NCBI GenBank assembly: GCA_049610685.1
Contig: JBMYZU010000010.1
Span: 2,460 to 66,459, forward strand
Direction: 5' to 3'
Origin: Chitinophagales bacterium
GTDB taxonomy: Bacteria > Bacteroidota > Bacteroidia > Chitinophagales > UBA8649
Length of the DNA: 64,000 nucleotides
Under the pieces are notes generated by a model. The model was not told the origin of the DNA. It did not search any database and saw nothing but the letters and a program-made list of their open reading frames with translations. Below are positions 20,803 through 30,620 of this stretch, one piece after another (the stretch's first letter is position 1; each line of letters starts with the position of its first letter). A program made the translations under genes and the position numbers.

Positions 20803-21593
20803 CGATTGCGTTCTAAGGGGCTAAAACCTTTGACAACTCCTCGCACAGAATCACGAACAAAGGTTGTTATAGTATCTTTTGCTTCACTATCAGGTATCTC
20901 CGCCTCGATAATTTTAAGCGCATTCGTTGTATTGTACCCTCGAACAAAGAGTATACGATATATATCGAGTACATGGTTAATCGAATCCGATGACCAGCCA
21001 CTGCGACGAAGCCCCACAGAATTCACCCCAATGTAACTTAATGGTGTTCGGCCACAACGGATATATGGAGGAATATCTTTATTGACCAGACTGCCTCCTG
21101 AGATAAAGCTGTGGTCCCCAACTTGAGTAAACTGTTGGATGTTGACTGCTCCTCCTAGCCGGACGAATTGCCCCAATTCCACATGGCCTGCCAAATTCAC
21201 GCTATTGGCGAGGATGCTATTGTCTCCAACTTGGCAATCATGAGCAACATGGACATAGGCCATAAGCAAGCAGTTGTTACCAACTACCGTCTTATTGGCA
21301 TACTCGGTGCCGCGATTTATCGTAACACATTCTCGAATAATACAGTTATCGCCTATTTCGACTCGAGTCTTTTCTCCTTTAAATTTCAAATCTTGTGGCA
21401 CGGCGGAGATAACTGCTCCCGGGAAAATTTTACAGTTTTTCCCAATATGCGCCCCCTCCATAATTGTGACATGAGGTCCGATCCAAGTACCCTCTTCAAT
21501 GACCACATTTTTATCTATAGTCACGAACGGCTCGACCACTACATTATCCGCAATCTGTGCTTCAGGGTGTATATAAGCTAAAGGCTGTCGCAT
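20799..21593 (-). CDS. lpxA: acyl-ACP--UDP-N-acetylglucosamine O-acyltransferase
   Basis: Hexapeptide repeats and an LpxA C-terminal helical domain. Sits in the lpxD-lpxC/fabZ-lpxA order. Confidence 0.95.
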   Translation of the reverse strand: MRQPLAYIHPEAQIADNVVVEPFVTIDKNVVIEEGTWIGPHVTIMEGAHIGKNCKIFPGAVISAVPQDLKFKGEKTRVEIGDNCIIRECVTINRGTEYANKTVVGNNCLLMAYVHVAHDCQVGDNSILANSVNLAGHVELGQFVRLGGAVNIQQFTQVGDHSFISGGSLVNKDIPPYIRCGRTPLSYIGVNSVGLRRSGWSSDSINHVLDIYRILFVRGYNTTNALKIIEAEIPDSEAKDTITTFVRDSVRGVVKGFSPLERNR

Positions 21594-22984
21594 TATGCTC
21601 GCTTTTGAATTTTGGCCATGAGTTCTGCCTCAACAACAACCTTTGATCCGACAAATCCCAAAGCACGCATCTCGACAAGGCCTCTGCGAATTGGCGACAT
21701 CAGCTTACATTGTATAATGAGCGTATCTCCTGGAACAACCATTGCCTTAAAACGCGCCTTCTGAATCTTTAAAAAGTAGGTATCGTAATCTCCATCATCC
21801 TCTACTTGAGACAATGCAAAGATTCCACCAACTTGTGCCATTGCCTCAATTTGAAGCACTCCTGGCATAACAGGGTTATTGGGGAAATGCCCTCGGAAGA
21901 AATACTCATTAAACGTCACACTCTTAACCCCAACGACCTCATTCTTATCTAAATGAACAATCTTATCGACCAGTAAGAAGGGATATCGGTGTGGAAGAAG
22001 TTTTTGAATCGCCACTAAATCATAGAGCGGTGGACTATCTTGATCATATTTGGGCGCTTGAGGAGCCGCTTTCCAAGCTTTGATTTTAGCCTTAATCGAT
22101 TTCGCAAAGGCCACGTTGGTGCTGTGCCCAGGACGACTTGCAATAAAATTCCCTTTGATCGGCATCCCTGCAAGTGCCAAATCGCCTACAAAGTCAAGAA
22201 GCTTGTGCCTTGCACATTCGTTGGGATAGCGAAGCTCTACGTTGTTAAGAATTCCCTGCTCCACCTCGACATCAGGTTTATCAAACAAGGTGCGCAACCG
22301 GTTGAGTTCATTCTCTTCTAACTTGTGGTCGACCACGACAATCGCATTATCAAGATCACCTCCCTTAATCAGACCTCGATCTAACAAGGATTCTAACTCA
22401 TGAAGAAAACAAAAGGTTCGAGCCTCTGAAAATGATTCATTAAACTCTGATATATCCTCTAAAGAAGCATGTTGATGTCCTAAAATATTGCTTTGATAAT
22501 CGATCAAAACCGTCGACTTAAATGTTGAATTCGGTAACACTAAAATCTCTGCATCTTTCTCCTCGTCGTAAAACCGAATAGTTTCCCGCACTTCGTAGTA
22601 TTCCCTTTCTTCACCTTGCTCTTTAAGCCCTGCTTCAAGAATGGCGTCTACAAAAGGCTTTGAACTTCCATCAAGAATAGGAATCTCCTCACCATTGATT
22701 TCAATCACTGCATTATCTACTTGACAGCCAGCCAAAGCAGCCAGTATATGTTCGACCGTAGCCACCTTGACTCCCTGACGTTCTAATGTCGTGCCACGCT
22801 CAACCGATGAAACATAGTCAACATCTGCTTTGATTCGGACATCGCCTTCCAAATCGACGCGGTGAAAGACAATTCCTGTATTTGCATTACTAGGACAGAT
22901 CCTAACCTTTACGGATTGTCCCGTGTGTAAACCAATACCTTTCAGTTCAGCGGGTTGTTTGAGCGTATGTTGAAACTCATTCAT
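21593..22984 (-). CDS. lpxC/fabZ: bifunctional UDP-3-O-acyl-GlcNAc deacetylase / 3-hydroxyacyl-ACP dehydratase
   Basis: 463 aa. The N-terminal LpxC part (TLK..AELKGIGLHTG, HILAALAG) is fused to FabZ (LPHRYPFLLVDK...FFRGHFP..PVMPGVL). Confidence 0.95.
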   Translation of the reverse strand: MNEFQHTLKQPAELKGIGLHTGQSVKVRICPSNANTGIVFHRVDLEGDVRIKADVDYVSSVERGTTLERQGVKVATVEHILAALAGCQVDNAVIEINGEEIPILDGSSKPFVDAILEAGLKEQGEEREYYEVRETIRFYDEEKDAEILVLPNSTFKSTVLIDYQSNILGHQHASLEDISEFNESFSEARTFCFLHELESLLDRGLIKGGDLDNAIVVVDHKLEENELNRLRTLFDKPDVEVEQGILNNVELRYPNECARHKLLDFVGDLALAGMPIKGNFIASRPGHSTNVAFAKSIKAKIKAWKAAPQAPKYDQDSPPLYDLVAIQKLLPHRYPFLLVDKIVHLDKNEVVGVKSVTFNEYFFRGHFPNNPVMPGVLQIEAMAQVGGIFALSQVEDDGDYDTYFLKIQKARFKAMVVPGDTLIIQCKLMSPIRRGLVEMRALGFVGSKVVVEAELMAKIQKRA

Positions 22985-22991
22985 AATGATT

Positions 22992-23987
22992 TTATTTGTT
23001 CGTTGTTTGGGTTAGTTTTCGCAAGGTAGCCATCATCTTATAATGCTCCCTAAATGGCCGAGCCGGGGATCCAGTGAGTCGCTGACCTTTTACTTCAATT
23101 GATTTTGAAACACCACTTTGAGCATTGATATGCACCCCATCAGCAATAGTAATATGGCCCACAATTCCGGCTTGTCCTCCTATGAGCACGGATTTTCCAA
23201 TGGACGTGCTTCCGGATATTCCTACCTGTGCGGCAATTGCTGAATGCTTATTGATCTCAACATTATGGGCAATATGTACAAGGTTATCTACCTTTACACC
23301 ATCTTTTAAGATTGAATCGCCTATACTTCCCCGATCAATCGTCGTATTTGCCCCAATTTCTACATCGTTTCCAAGCACTACATTACCAATGTGAGGCATT
23401 TTCTGAAAAGAGCCGTCTTTTTGAGGTACGAAACCGAATCCATCACTTCCGATCACTGCTCCTGCATGAAGGCAACAGCGATTACCAATACGACTATTTC
23501 GATAGATTTTTACACCACTATGAAGTATTGTACCATCACCTATAATACTACCTGCTCCTATAAAACAATGAGGGTACACTTGAACATCTGGACCAATCAC
23601 AGCGCCAGCATCTACATAAGCAAACGCTGCAATGTATGCAGTAGAATCGACCTGAGCTGTTTCATGTACAAAGGAGGAGGGCTCAATCCCCTGACGTAGT
23701 TGTAACCCATCAGATAGATTACTAAGGATTGATTGCAAAGCTTGATAAGGGTCGGCAACTTTGATGTAGGTTATATCCGTTCGATCAGGAAGGGGTAAAT
23801 CACTTTGAACAAGAACCACAGAAGCTTGGGTATTCTCTAAGTATTGTTCATATTTTGGATTCGCGACAAAGCTTAATGCTCCCTTTGAGCTCTCTTGGAT
23901 TCTGGAAAATTCTCGTACTTCACGACGGTCATCTCCAACAATTTCACCACCTACCATGGTAGCAATATCTGCTGCCGTATTTAACAT
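22992..23987 (-). CDS. lpxD: UDP-3-O-(3-hydroxyacyl)glucosamine N-acyltransferase
   Basis: 331 aa with hexapeptide repeats and an LpxD N-terminal domain. Cluster context supports the call. Confidence 0.93.
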   Translation of the reverse strand: MLNTAADIATMVGGEIVGDDRREVREFSRIQESSKGALSFVANPKYEQYLENTQASVVLVQSDLPLPDRTDITYIKVADPYQALQSILSNLSDGLQLRQGIEPSSFVHETAQVDSTAYIAAFAYVDAGAVIGPDVQVYPHCFIGAGSIIGDGTILHSGVKIYRNSRIGNRCCLHAGAVIGSDGFGFVPQKDGSFQKMPHIGNVVLGNDVEIGANTTIDRGSIGDSILKDGVKVDNLVHIAHNVEINKHSAIAAQVGISGSTSIGKSVLIGGQAGIVGHITIADGVHINAQSGVSKSIEVKGQRLTGSPARPFREHYKMMATLRKLTQTTNK

Positions 23988-24004
23988 ACTTGAAAAATAG
24001 GGAA

Positions 24005-25225
24005 TTATCCCAATTTAGGCGTACATAAATAGTACTTAGTGGTATTCTTTAACCATGACTTCTCGTCCCACTGCTCACTGGCCTCTGATATCTCACGAAC
24101 TTTGCCATTTTTATAGAGAATTTTAATGCGCGTCTGGTTTTTGTCATACAGTGAATGACTCATGGCAAAGGTATATACGGCATGTTTGACCGCATCCTTA
24201 TGGGTATGGAGTGCTTCCGCTACTTCTTGACGTTTTAAATCAAGATCAAAGCCCACTGCCTCGTCAAAAACTTCTATCTTAAACAACTTGCGATCAATCA
24301 AGCATCGGCAGAGATAAGAAAGAACGGCGTCCTCGTGGTTCATCCACTCCTTTACCGCAGAGAAGATGTCGTAGTCATCGAGCTTAGCAAAAGTATCTAA
24401 GACTTTATCATCGCGGAGAAAGCGATTAACATCTACGCGATTATCAAGGAAAAATTGCAAAACAGGACTCGCTGTCAGATTACCAGATTCTTCATGAAGT
24501 TCTAACGCACGTTCCATGATTTTTACGAGCATACTTTCTGCACAAACCACTGTCTTGTGCAGGTAGACTTGCCAATACATAAACCGTCGACTCTGAAGGA
24601 ATTTTTCAATGGAGTGAATGCCTTTAGCTTCAACCACAATATGATCATCCAACACATCGATCATATCAATGATGCGTGCATGATTAACATTTCCCTCATT
24701 AACACCAGTGAAGAAGCTGTCTCGCGAGAGATAATCCAGGCGATCCATGTCTAACTGAGAGCTTACTAAGTCATGAAAGAATCTTCTTGGATAACGGTCA
24801 TGAAAGATATCCAAGGCTAAGTCGAGTTCGCCATTAAATTGCGCATTAAGGCGTTCCATGAACAATATGGTAATGCGCTCATGATTGACCTCGGGAATCA
24901 AGCATTTTTCAAGTGTATGCGAAAAAGGACCGTGCCCCATGTCATGAAGCAAAATGGCAATGAGTGCTGCCTCTTCCTCCTGTTTAGAAATCTCATGCCC
25001 CTTTCGGCGCAATGTCCAAAGGGCCTGACGCATGATATGATAAGCCCCAATTGCATGATGAAAACGTGTATGAATCGCTCCTGGATAAACATAATCGGTA
25101 AGTCCAAGCTGTTTTATTCTCCTAAGCCTTTGAAACCAGGGATGCTCAATCAATTTAAAAATCAAGGCACTCTCAATACTTATAAAGCCATGGATAGGGT
25201 CGTTAAATACCTTGAATCGATTCAA
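24005..25225 (-). CDS. HD domain-containing phosphohydrolase (dNTPase-like)
   Basis: FNDPIHGFI..., RFHHAIGAYH and LLHDMGHGPFSH motifs. Confidence 0.85.
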   Translation of the reverse strand: MNRFKVFNDPIHGFISIESALIFKLIEHPWFQRLRRIKQLGLTDYVYPGAIHTRFHHAIGAYHIMRQALWTLRRKGHEISKQEEEAALIAILLHDMGHGPFSHTLEKCLIPEVNHERITILFMERLNAQFNGELDLALDIFHDRYPRRFFHDLVSSQLDMDRLDYLSRDSFFTGVNEGNVNHARIIDMIDVLDDHIVVEAKGIHSIEKFLQSRRFMYWQVYLHKTVVCAESMLVKIMERALELHEESGNLTASPVLQFFLDNRVDVNRFLRDDKVLDTFAKLDDYDIFSAVKEWMNHEDAVLSYLCRCLIDRKLFKIEVFDEAVGFDLDLKRQEVAEALHTHKDAVKHAVYTFAMSHSLYDKNQTRIKILYKNGKVREISEASEQWDEKSWLKNTTKYYLCTPKLG

Positions 25226-25288
25226 ATCATTCAGTTTTCTAACAACAAAGGTATCGCCTTTTCCATGTATATTTAAACAAAAGCCATT

Positions 25289-26683
25289 ATGAGAAGAATT
25301 TCTGCTCTATTTGTATTGATTAGTGTGTTTCAGTTGGCTTTAGGACAACACATGGCGAAGTGTTATGAAGACCATGTCCTAAACAACTATTTCGAACAGA
25401 GTTATCCAGGTTTTCAAGAGGCTCGCGAGGCACTTTTTCTCAAAGCACTTGATTATGCCTCTCATCATGCCCTAGACCATCATACAAAGCAGCAAAGTCC
25501 CGATACAATTTATCGTTTTCCCGTAGTTGTCCATGTCGTGTACAATGAAGCCGACGAAAACTTAGATGAACAATTGATTCAGGACCAAATCGATGTACTT
25601 ACGCGAGATTTTCGAAGACAGAATGCAGACACCTCAGACTTACGAAGTATTTTTCTCCCGGTGGCAGCTGATGCGGGAATCGAATTCTTTTTGGCAGACA
25701 TTGATCCGGATGGGAACCCTACCAATGGAATCACAAGAACCAATACCTCAACCACAAGTTTTGGAAGCATTACTTCGTTAGACTTAGTCAAGGATAGTGC
25801 ATCAGGTGGAAAGAATGCATGGCCTACCGACGAATACCTAAACATCTGGGTATGTGATTTATCCATTCCCCTTCTGGGTGACGCGGCCCTAGGATTCGCC
25901 TATCCACCTATTGAAGCTCCTAATTGGCCATCCGAATTACAAAATACTCAGGAACAATATGAGGGCATCGTTATCCATTACAAAGTCTTCGGACCAAATA
26001 ATCCTTTGGCAACAGGATTGCTCTCCATCGCTGATCAAGGACGAACACCAGTTCATGAGATGGGACACTATTTAGGTCTTCGCCATATTTGGGGTGATGC
26101 AGGGAACCCGCTCTTTGGAGGCGTAGACTGCGACCCAAGCCTTGATGACGGCTTTGACGATACCCCTAATGCAGGGAACAACTCGCAGGCAACGGGATGT
26201 GATAAGACCAAAAATTCTTGTGGCGGTGGAGACCCCAATGACCTGCCCGATATGATTGAGAATTACATGGACTATTCTACCGAAACGTGTCAAGTTACTT
26301 TCACGGCACAGCAAGCTGGTCTAATGCGCGCAATGGTCGTTCTGGGAAGAACGGGCATGGCGGATGTTTACGTCAATGACGTCCGAATTATAGACGGTAA
26401 GTTTCGAGAAAACGGCCCAAGTACGAATCTTCACACACTAGAGGCAGGGAAGTCTATGATTTATCCTAATCCAAGTGCTGATGAAATCACCATTACATGG
26501 CCCTCAAATATCGAAGGAAAAGATATATCCATATACTCGGTCGCTGGAATTCATGTTGCATCAAGCGTTCCACAGACAGAAGTCACTACAATGGATATCT
26601 CTTCGCTCTTGCCCGGCCACTACATGGTTCAAATTGAATTTACAAATGGCCGAAAGGAGTTTATCCCGTTGATTAAGCAGTAA
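25289..26683 (+). CDS. M43 (pappalysin/cytophagalysin-like) zinc metalloprotease with T9SS C-terminal sorting domain
   Basis: Metzincin motif HEMGHYLGLRH. C-terminal domain of about 80 aa with IYPNPSADEITITW...LLPGHYMVQI. Confidence 0.85.
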   Translation: MRRISALFVLISVFQLALGQHMAKCYEDHVLNNYFEQSYPGFQEAREALFLKALDYASHHALDHHTKQQSPDTIYRFPVVVHVVYNEADENLDEQLIQDQIDVLTRDFRRQNADTSDLRSIFLPVAADAGIEFFLADIDPDGNPTNGITRTNTSTTSFGSITSLDLVKDSASGGKNAWPTDEYLNIWVCDLSIPLLGDAALGFAYPPIEAPNWPSELQNTQEQYEGIVIHYKVFGPNNPLATGLLSIADQGRTPVHEMGHYLGLRHIWGDAGNPLFGGVDCDPSLDDGFDDTPNAGNNSQATGCDKTKNSCGGGDPNDLPDMIENYMDYSTETCQVTFTAQQAGLMRAMVVLGRTGMADVYVNDVRIIDGKFRENGPSTNLHTLEAGKSMIYPNPSADEITITWPSNIEGKDISIYSVAGIHVASSVPQTEVTTMDISSLLPGHYMVQIEFTNGRKEFIPLIKQ

Positions 26684-28245
26684 TGAATAGCACCAAAAAG
26701 ACCATCATGTGGGTCGATGATGAAATCGACCTCCTAAAACCCCAGTTACTTTTCTTAGAATCGAAAGGCTATGAGGTTATTGGTCTTACTAATGGAAGAG
26801 ATGCCATTGATTATTTAGAAACCAATAAAGCCATCGACATTGTCCTATTGGATGAGAGTATGGCTGGACTGAGTGGATTAGAAACCTTAGATATCCTCAA
26901 AACAAAGCGACCCCAACTGCCCATGGTTATGGTAACCAAAAATGAGGAGGAAGATCTAATGGAAGATGCTATCGGAGCCCAGATTTCTGACTACCTCATC
27001 AAACCGGTTAAGTCACAGCAATTGCTATCAAGCATTAAAAAGCTTACCGAAGACAAGACATTGATTCGAGAGCGAACGACCACCAACTACCAGCAGGCCT
27101 TTCAAAAGATGTTCACCAAAATCCAAGAATTGGAGGACTGTAAAGGTTGGATAGAATTCTATAAAGAACTTGTTTGGTGGGAATTGGAACTCGATAAATC
27201 TGCATCGGTCGATGTTCACGAGATATTCCAAATGCAAAAAAGAGAGGCCAACCGCGCTTTCACAAAATTTATTGAACGGAATTATGTTCGGTTAATTGAG
27301 GAAGAGGAAGAAATTGTCTTTTCGCATCAGGTCTTGGAAAAGTGGTTTCTTCCAACCTGTCACAAAGCGAAACATACTCTCTTGCTTGTCATTGACAATC
27401 TACGCTATGACCAATGGAAGGTGCTCCAGAAGTTCTTAACGGACCAGTATACCATAGAAAATGAATCCCTCTATTTCAGTATTCTTCCAACGGCAACCCA
27501 GTATGCTCGTAATGCCTTGTTTTCGGGTTTGCTGCCTAATGATATCATCAAGCACTACCCTTCCTTATGGATTGATGAACATGCTGAAGGAAGCAAGAAC
27601 AAGTATGAAGAGCAACACTTTAAATCATTTATACAACGAAAGTCTAATCTTATCGACAAGGTAGATTTCTTTAAGGTGGCTAATTACGAGATGGGTAAAT
27701 CGCTAGAAGCAAGAGCCCTAAACGTACTTAACCATGATGTGACTGCCATAGTTTACAATTTTGTAGATATGCTGTCGCATGCCAAAACCGATATGGAAGT
27801 GATTAAAGAACTCGCCAGTGATGACCGAAGCTATCGATCACTGACAGAAAGCTGGTTTAAAAATAGTCCACTGCGCCAAGCACTAATCTCACTTGCTCAA
27901 AAGGATGTAGAGGTTATCTTAACGACAGACCATGGTACTAAGCGGGTAAAAACAGCCAGTAAGTGCACGGGAGAACAATCAATCACCTCCAACACAAGGT
28001 ATAAGGCTGGAAGAAAACTCACCTACCAAAACAAAGATGTATTTCGCATCAAAGACCCAAGCTCTGTCGGACTACCAAGCCCAAGTTTAGGAGCAGAATA
28101 CATCTTTGCCAAGGACGAAAACTTCTTTGTCTACCCTAACAACTTTGCGCACTTTGCCAACCATTTTAGTGATAGCTTTCAGCATGGAGGGGTGTCTTTG
28201 GAGGAAATGATTGTGCCATGGGTACACTTAAAGCCCAAAGGATAA
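26683..28245 (+). CDS. porX: response regulator with PglZ/alkaline-phosphatase-like output domain (PorX-type T9SS regulator)
   Basis: CheY-like receiver (IMWVDDE...VLLDESMAGLSGLE...TKNEE) followed by a PglZ-like domain (LLLVIDNLRYDQW, TTDHGT). The length of 520 aa matches PorX architecture. Confidence 0.8.
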   Translation: MNSTKKTIMWVDDEIDLLKPQLLFLESKGYEVIGLTNGRDAIDYLETNKAIDIVLLDESMAGLSGLETLDILKTKRPQLPMVMVTKNEEEDLMEDAIGAQISDYLIKPVKSQQLLSSIKKLTEDKTLIRERTTTNYQQAFQKMFTKIQELEDCKGWIEFYKELVWWELELDKSASVDVHEIFQMQKREANRAFTKFIERNYVRLIEEEEEIVFSHQVLEKWFLPTCHKAKHTLLLVIDNLRYDQWKVLQKFLTDQYTIENESLYFSILPTATQYARNALFSGLLPNDIIKHYPSLWIDEHAEGSKNKYEEQHFKSFIQRKSNLIDKVDFFKVANYEMGKSLEARALNVLNHDVTAIVYNFVDMLSHAKTDMEVIKELASDDRSYRSLTESWFKNSPLRQALISLAQKDVEVILTTDHGTKRVKTASKCTGEQSITSNTRYKAGRKLTYQNKDVFRIKDPSSVGLPSPSLGAEYIFAKDENFFVYPNNFAHFANHFSDSFQHGGVSLEEMIVPWVHLKPKG

Positions 28246-28691
28246 TGAGCGATATCCTTTATCGACACATCAGCAAATCTCCTGATGACTTGCATTTTCT
28301 TTGTTCTTGGATCGCAGAACAGCCCGCAGGACAGATCTGGTGCTGTGTAGGACCTGTAGGAGCAGGAAAAACAAGCATGGTAAAGCAGTTTATTCGTCAA
28401 TTTGGAGCGAATCCAGAAGTCAATAGTCCTACTTATAGCCTTTGGCATCAATACCCGATGAAAAATGGGCATGTATGCCATCATTTAGATCTTTACCGAC
28501 TACAATCACTCGAAGAATTTATAGAACTCGACATTTTCGAATCCTTAGAAAAAGAAGATGTATGTTTTATAGAATGGCCAGAACTTATCGAGAACTACCT
28601 CGAGCAAGAGATGATTCCTTTTTCAATTATCCAAATTGAAGAAGGTCCGTCTCAAAGAGAATTTCGTATTTTAAAAGGAATAACCGTCTGA
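28245..28691 (+). CDS. tsaE: tRNA t6A37 biosynthesis ATPase TsaE
   Basis: GPVGAGKTS P-loop, NSPTYSL and HLDLYR motifs. The ATG at 28245 overlaps the porX stop (TAATG). Confidence 0.85.
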   Translation: MSDILYRHISKSPDDLHFLCSWIAEQPAGQIWCCVGPVGAGKTSMVKQFIRQFGANPEVNSPTYSLWHQYPMKNGHVCHHLDLYRLQSLEEFIELDIFESLEKEDVCFIEWPELIENYLEQEMIPFSIIQIEEGPSQREFRILKGITV

Positions 28692-28692
28692 C

Positions 28693-29895
28693 ATGGGTCT
28701 TACTTCAAAATTAGGATTACAACCCCTTGAGTCGCCTTCATTAGTTGCCGAGCGAAAAGGATCGCTCGATATAGGTATTCTTAAGTCCACTTCATCCGAG
28801 GAGAAACGGGTAGTCCTTACTCCGCGTAATGTTGAAATGCTAACGGCCGATGGCTATCGAGTACTCGTGGAAATCGGTGCAGGAAAACGTGCGGGATTCC
28901 CAGATAACCTCTATGCCGAAGCTGGCGCAGTGATTACTTCAGATATCAAAGAAATTTACAAGGCTCATATCTTGTTAAAGATTTGCCCGTTGGATGAAAG
29001 AGATGCGGATAATGCCTCTCAGGAGCAGATCATCATATCCCCATTACAGCTATCATCATTTGATACGAGTTTGCTGGATAAACTCGCCAAGAAAAAAGTA
29101 ACCGCTTTAGCTTTTGAGTTTTTCAGAAGTAGAGAAGGACGTTCCTTCCCCTTTGTAAAAGCCATGAGTGAAATTGCGGGTTATGCTTCCATTTTCTTAG
29201 CTTCTGAAGCATTAGGTCAGCGCAACGAGGAGGGTGGCAAACTCTTCGGTGGCCTTAATGGTGTTGAGCCCATAAGCGTTCTAGTTCTTGGGGCAGGAAT
29301 CGTGGGACGTTATGCTGCTCGAGCAGCCCGAGGCTTTGGAGCAACTGTTATGGTTATGGATAACGATATTAACAAGTTATCGAAACTCCAAGATCATGTA
29401 GGAGAACAACTCTACACCAATATCCTAGACACTCAACTCATAGCAAAAATCCTAGAGAACACAGATGTTGTAATCGGCGCCCTTCATTCTAAAACAGGTC
29501 GATCACCCATCGTGATCAGCGAGCATATGGTCGCGAATATGAAATCGGGATCTGTGATTATCGATGTAAGTATAGATCAAGGTGGGTGTATTGAGACCTC
29601 CGAGATCACAAGTCATGAACAACCCTTTCAAGCCATTCACGATGTTTGGCATTGTGGACTCACCAATATTCCCTCGAGGTTTTCAAAAACAGCTTCCATT
29701 GCCCTAAGCCATCTACTAGGTCCTATGCTATCCCGTTCTATGGATCATGGAGGAATTCATCATTTGATGCAAGAGGACAATGGCATTGCGAGAGGTGTAT
29801 ATATGTATCGTGGACAGATTACACAAAGTGCCTTGGCGCGGAGATTTAATCTAAAAGCAACAGACCTATCTATATTGTTTACAACCTCAAGATAG
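28693..29895 (+). CDS. alanine dehydrogenase / PNT-family NAD-binding protein
   Basis: E.RV.LTP N-terminal pattern and Rossmann motif VLVLGAGIVGRYAARAA. Confidence 0.7.
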   Translation: MGLTSKLGLQPLESPSLVAERKGSLDIGILKSTSSEEKRVVLTPRNVEMLTADGYRVLVEIGAGKRAGFPDNLYAEAGAVITSDIKEIYKAHILLKICPLDERDADNASQEQIIISPLQLSSFDTSLLDKLAKKKVTALAFEFFRSREGRSFPFVKAMSEIAGYASIFLASEALGQRNEEGGKLFGGLNGVEPISVLVLGAGIVGRYAARAARGFGATVMVMDNDINKLSKLQDHVGEQLYTNILDTQLIAKILENTDVVIGALHSKTGRSPIVISEHMVANMKSGSVIIDVSIDQGGCIETSEITSHEQPFQAIHDVWHCGLTNIPSRFSKTASIALSHLLGPMLSRSMDHGGIHHLMQEDNGIARGVYMYRGQITQSALARRFNLKATDLSILFTTSR

Positions 29896-29897
29896 AC

Positions 29898-30620
29898 ATG
29901 CGCTTATTCCTTTGGGTTTTCCTACTCAGTAGTTTGATCTCTGATGTAAAGGGACAACATACATCACCGTATACCTTTCGTTACTCTACTGAAATTGCCA
30001 TTCCCATAGTAGGACTCGGTACGGCAGGCCTTTCCTATTATTTTCATCGCAACAAGCCCATTCTGACTGAGGAAAACATAACCAATCTATCGATATCAGA
30101 CATTAACGCCTTCGATCGAAGGGCAGTCTATCAATGGCGACCTAAATCCGCCCACCTCTCTGACGCCCTTATGGTAACAGCCATCGCAAGCCCTTTACTC
30201 CTTATGTCAAGTCAAAAGATTCGAAAGGATTGGGAAAAACCAGCCGCCCTAGGACTAGAAGTCTTTTTTTTGAATTTGGGATTAACTGGATTAACCAAAG
30301 AACTCGTGCGCAGACCACGACCCTATGTCTATAATCCTGATGTTCCCATGTCGATGAAGACCTCACGAGATGCAAATACTTCAATGTATTCGGGTCACAC
30401 CTCAACTGCCGCTTCTATGTCCATGTTTACTGCAATAACGCTGCAACACCATCACAAAGGGGCTAAATGGATGCCTCTTGTGTGGACTTCAGCTGCCATT
30501 CTTCCCTTGGGAACGGGAATTCTGAGGTACCGAGCAGGTAAACACTTTTGGAGTGATATAATCACGGGTTATTTGGCAGGAAGTCTAACTGGACTACTTG
30601 TCCCCGTCCTTCATCGATGA
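29898..30620 (+). CDS. PAP2 family phosphatase (membrane)
   Basis: PAP2 motifs KELVRRPRP, SGHTS and RYRAGKHFWSD. Confidence 0.75.
   Translation: MRLFLWVFLLSSLISDVKGQHTSPYTFRYSTEIAIPIVGLGTAGLSYYFHRNKPILTEENITNLSISDINAFDRRAVYQWRPKSAHLSDALMVTAIASPLLLMSSQKIRKDWEKPAALGLEVFFLNLGLTGLTKELVRRPRPYVYNPDVPMSMKTSRDANTSMYSGHTSTAASMSMFTAITLQHHHKGAKWMPLVWTSAAILPLGTGILRYRAGKHFWSDIITGYLAGSLTGLLVPVLHR

Noticed and set aside
24005-25225. An HD-domain dNTPase-like protein as a possible nucleotide-depletion anti-phage gene.
   Set aside because: It lies immediately upstream of lpxD on the same strand, 17 nt from it, in a core lipid A cluster. There is no neighbouring defence or mobile gene. This looks like a conserved housekeeping arrangement, so there is no basis for a defence call.
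26683-28245. A PglZ domain protein, which could suggest a BREX-type phage defence component.
   Set aside because: The PglZ domain is fused to an N-terminal CheY-like receiver, which is the PorX architecture. It sits among housekeeping genes (tsaE, ald-like). No methyltransferase, BrxC-type ATPase, Lon-like protease or other BREX gene is present in the window.
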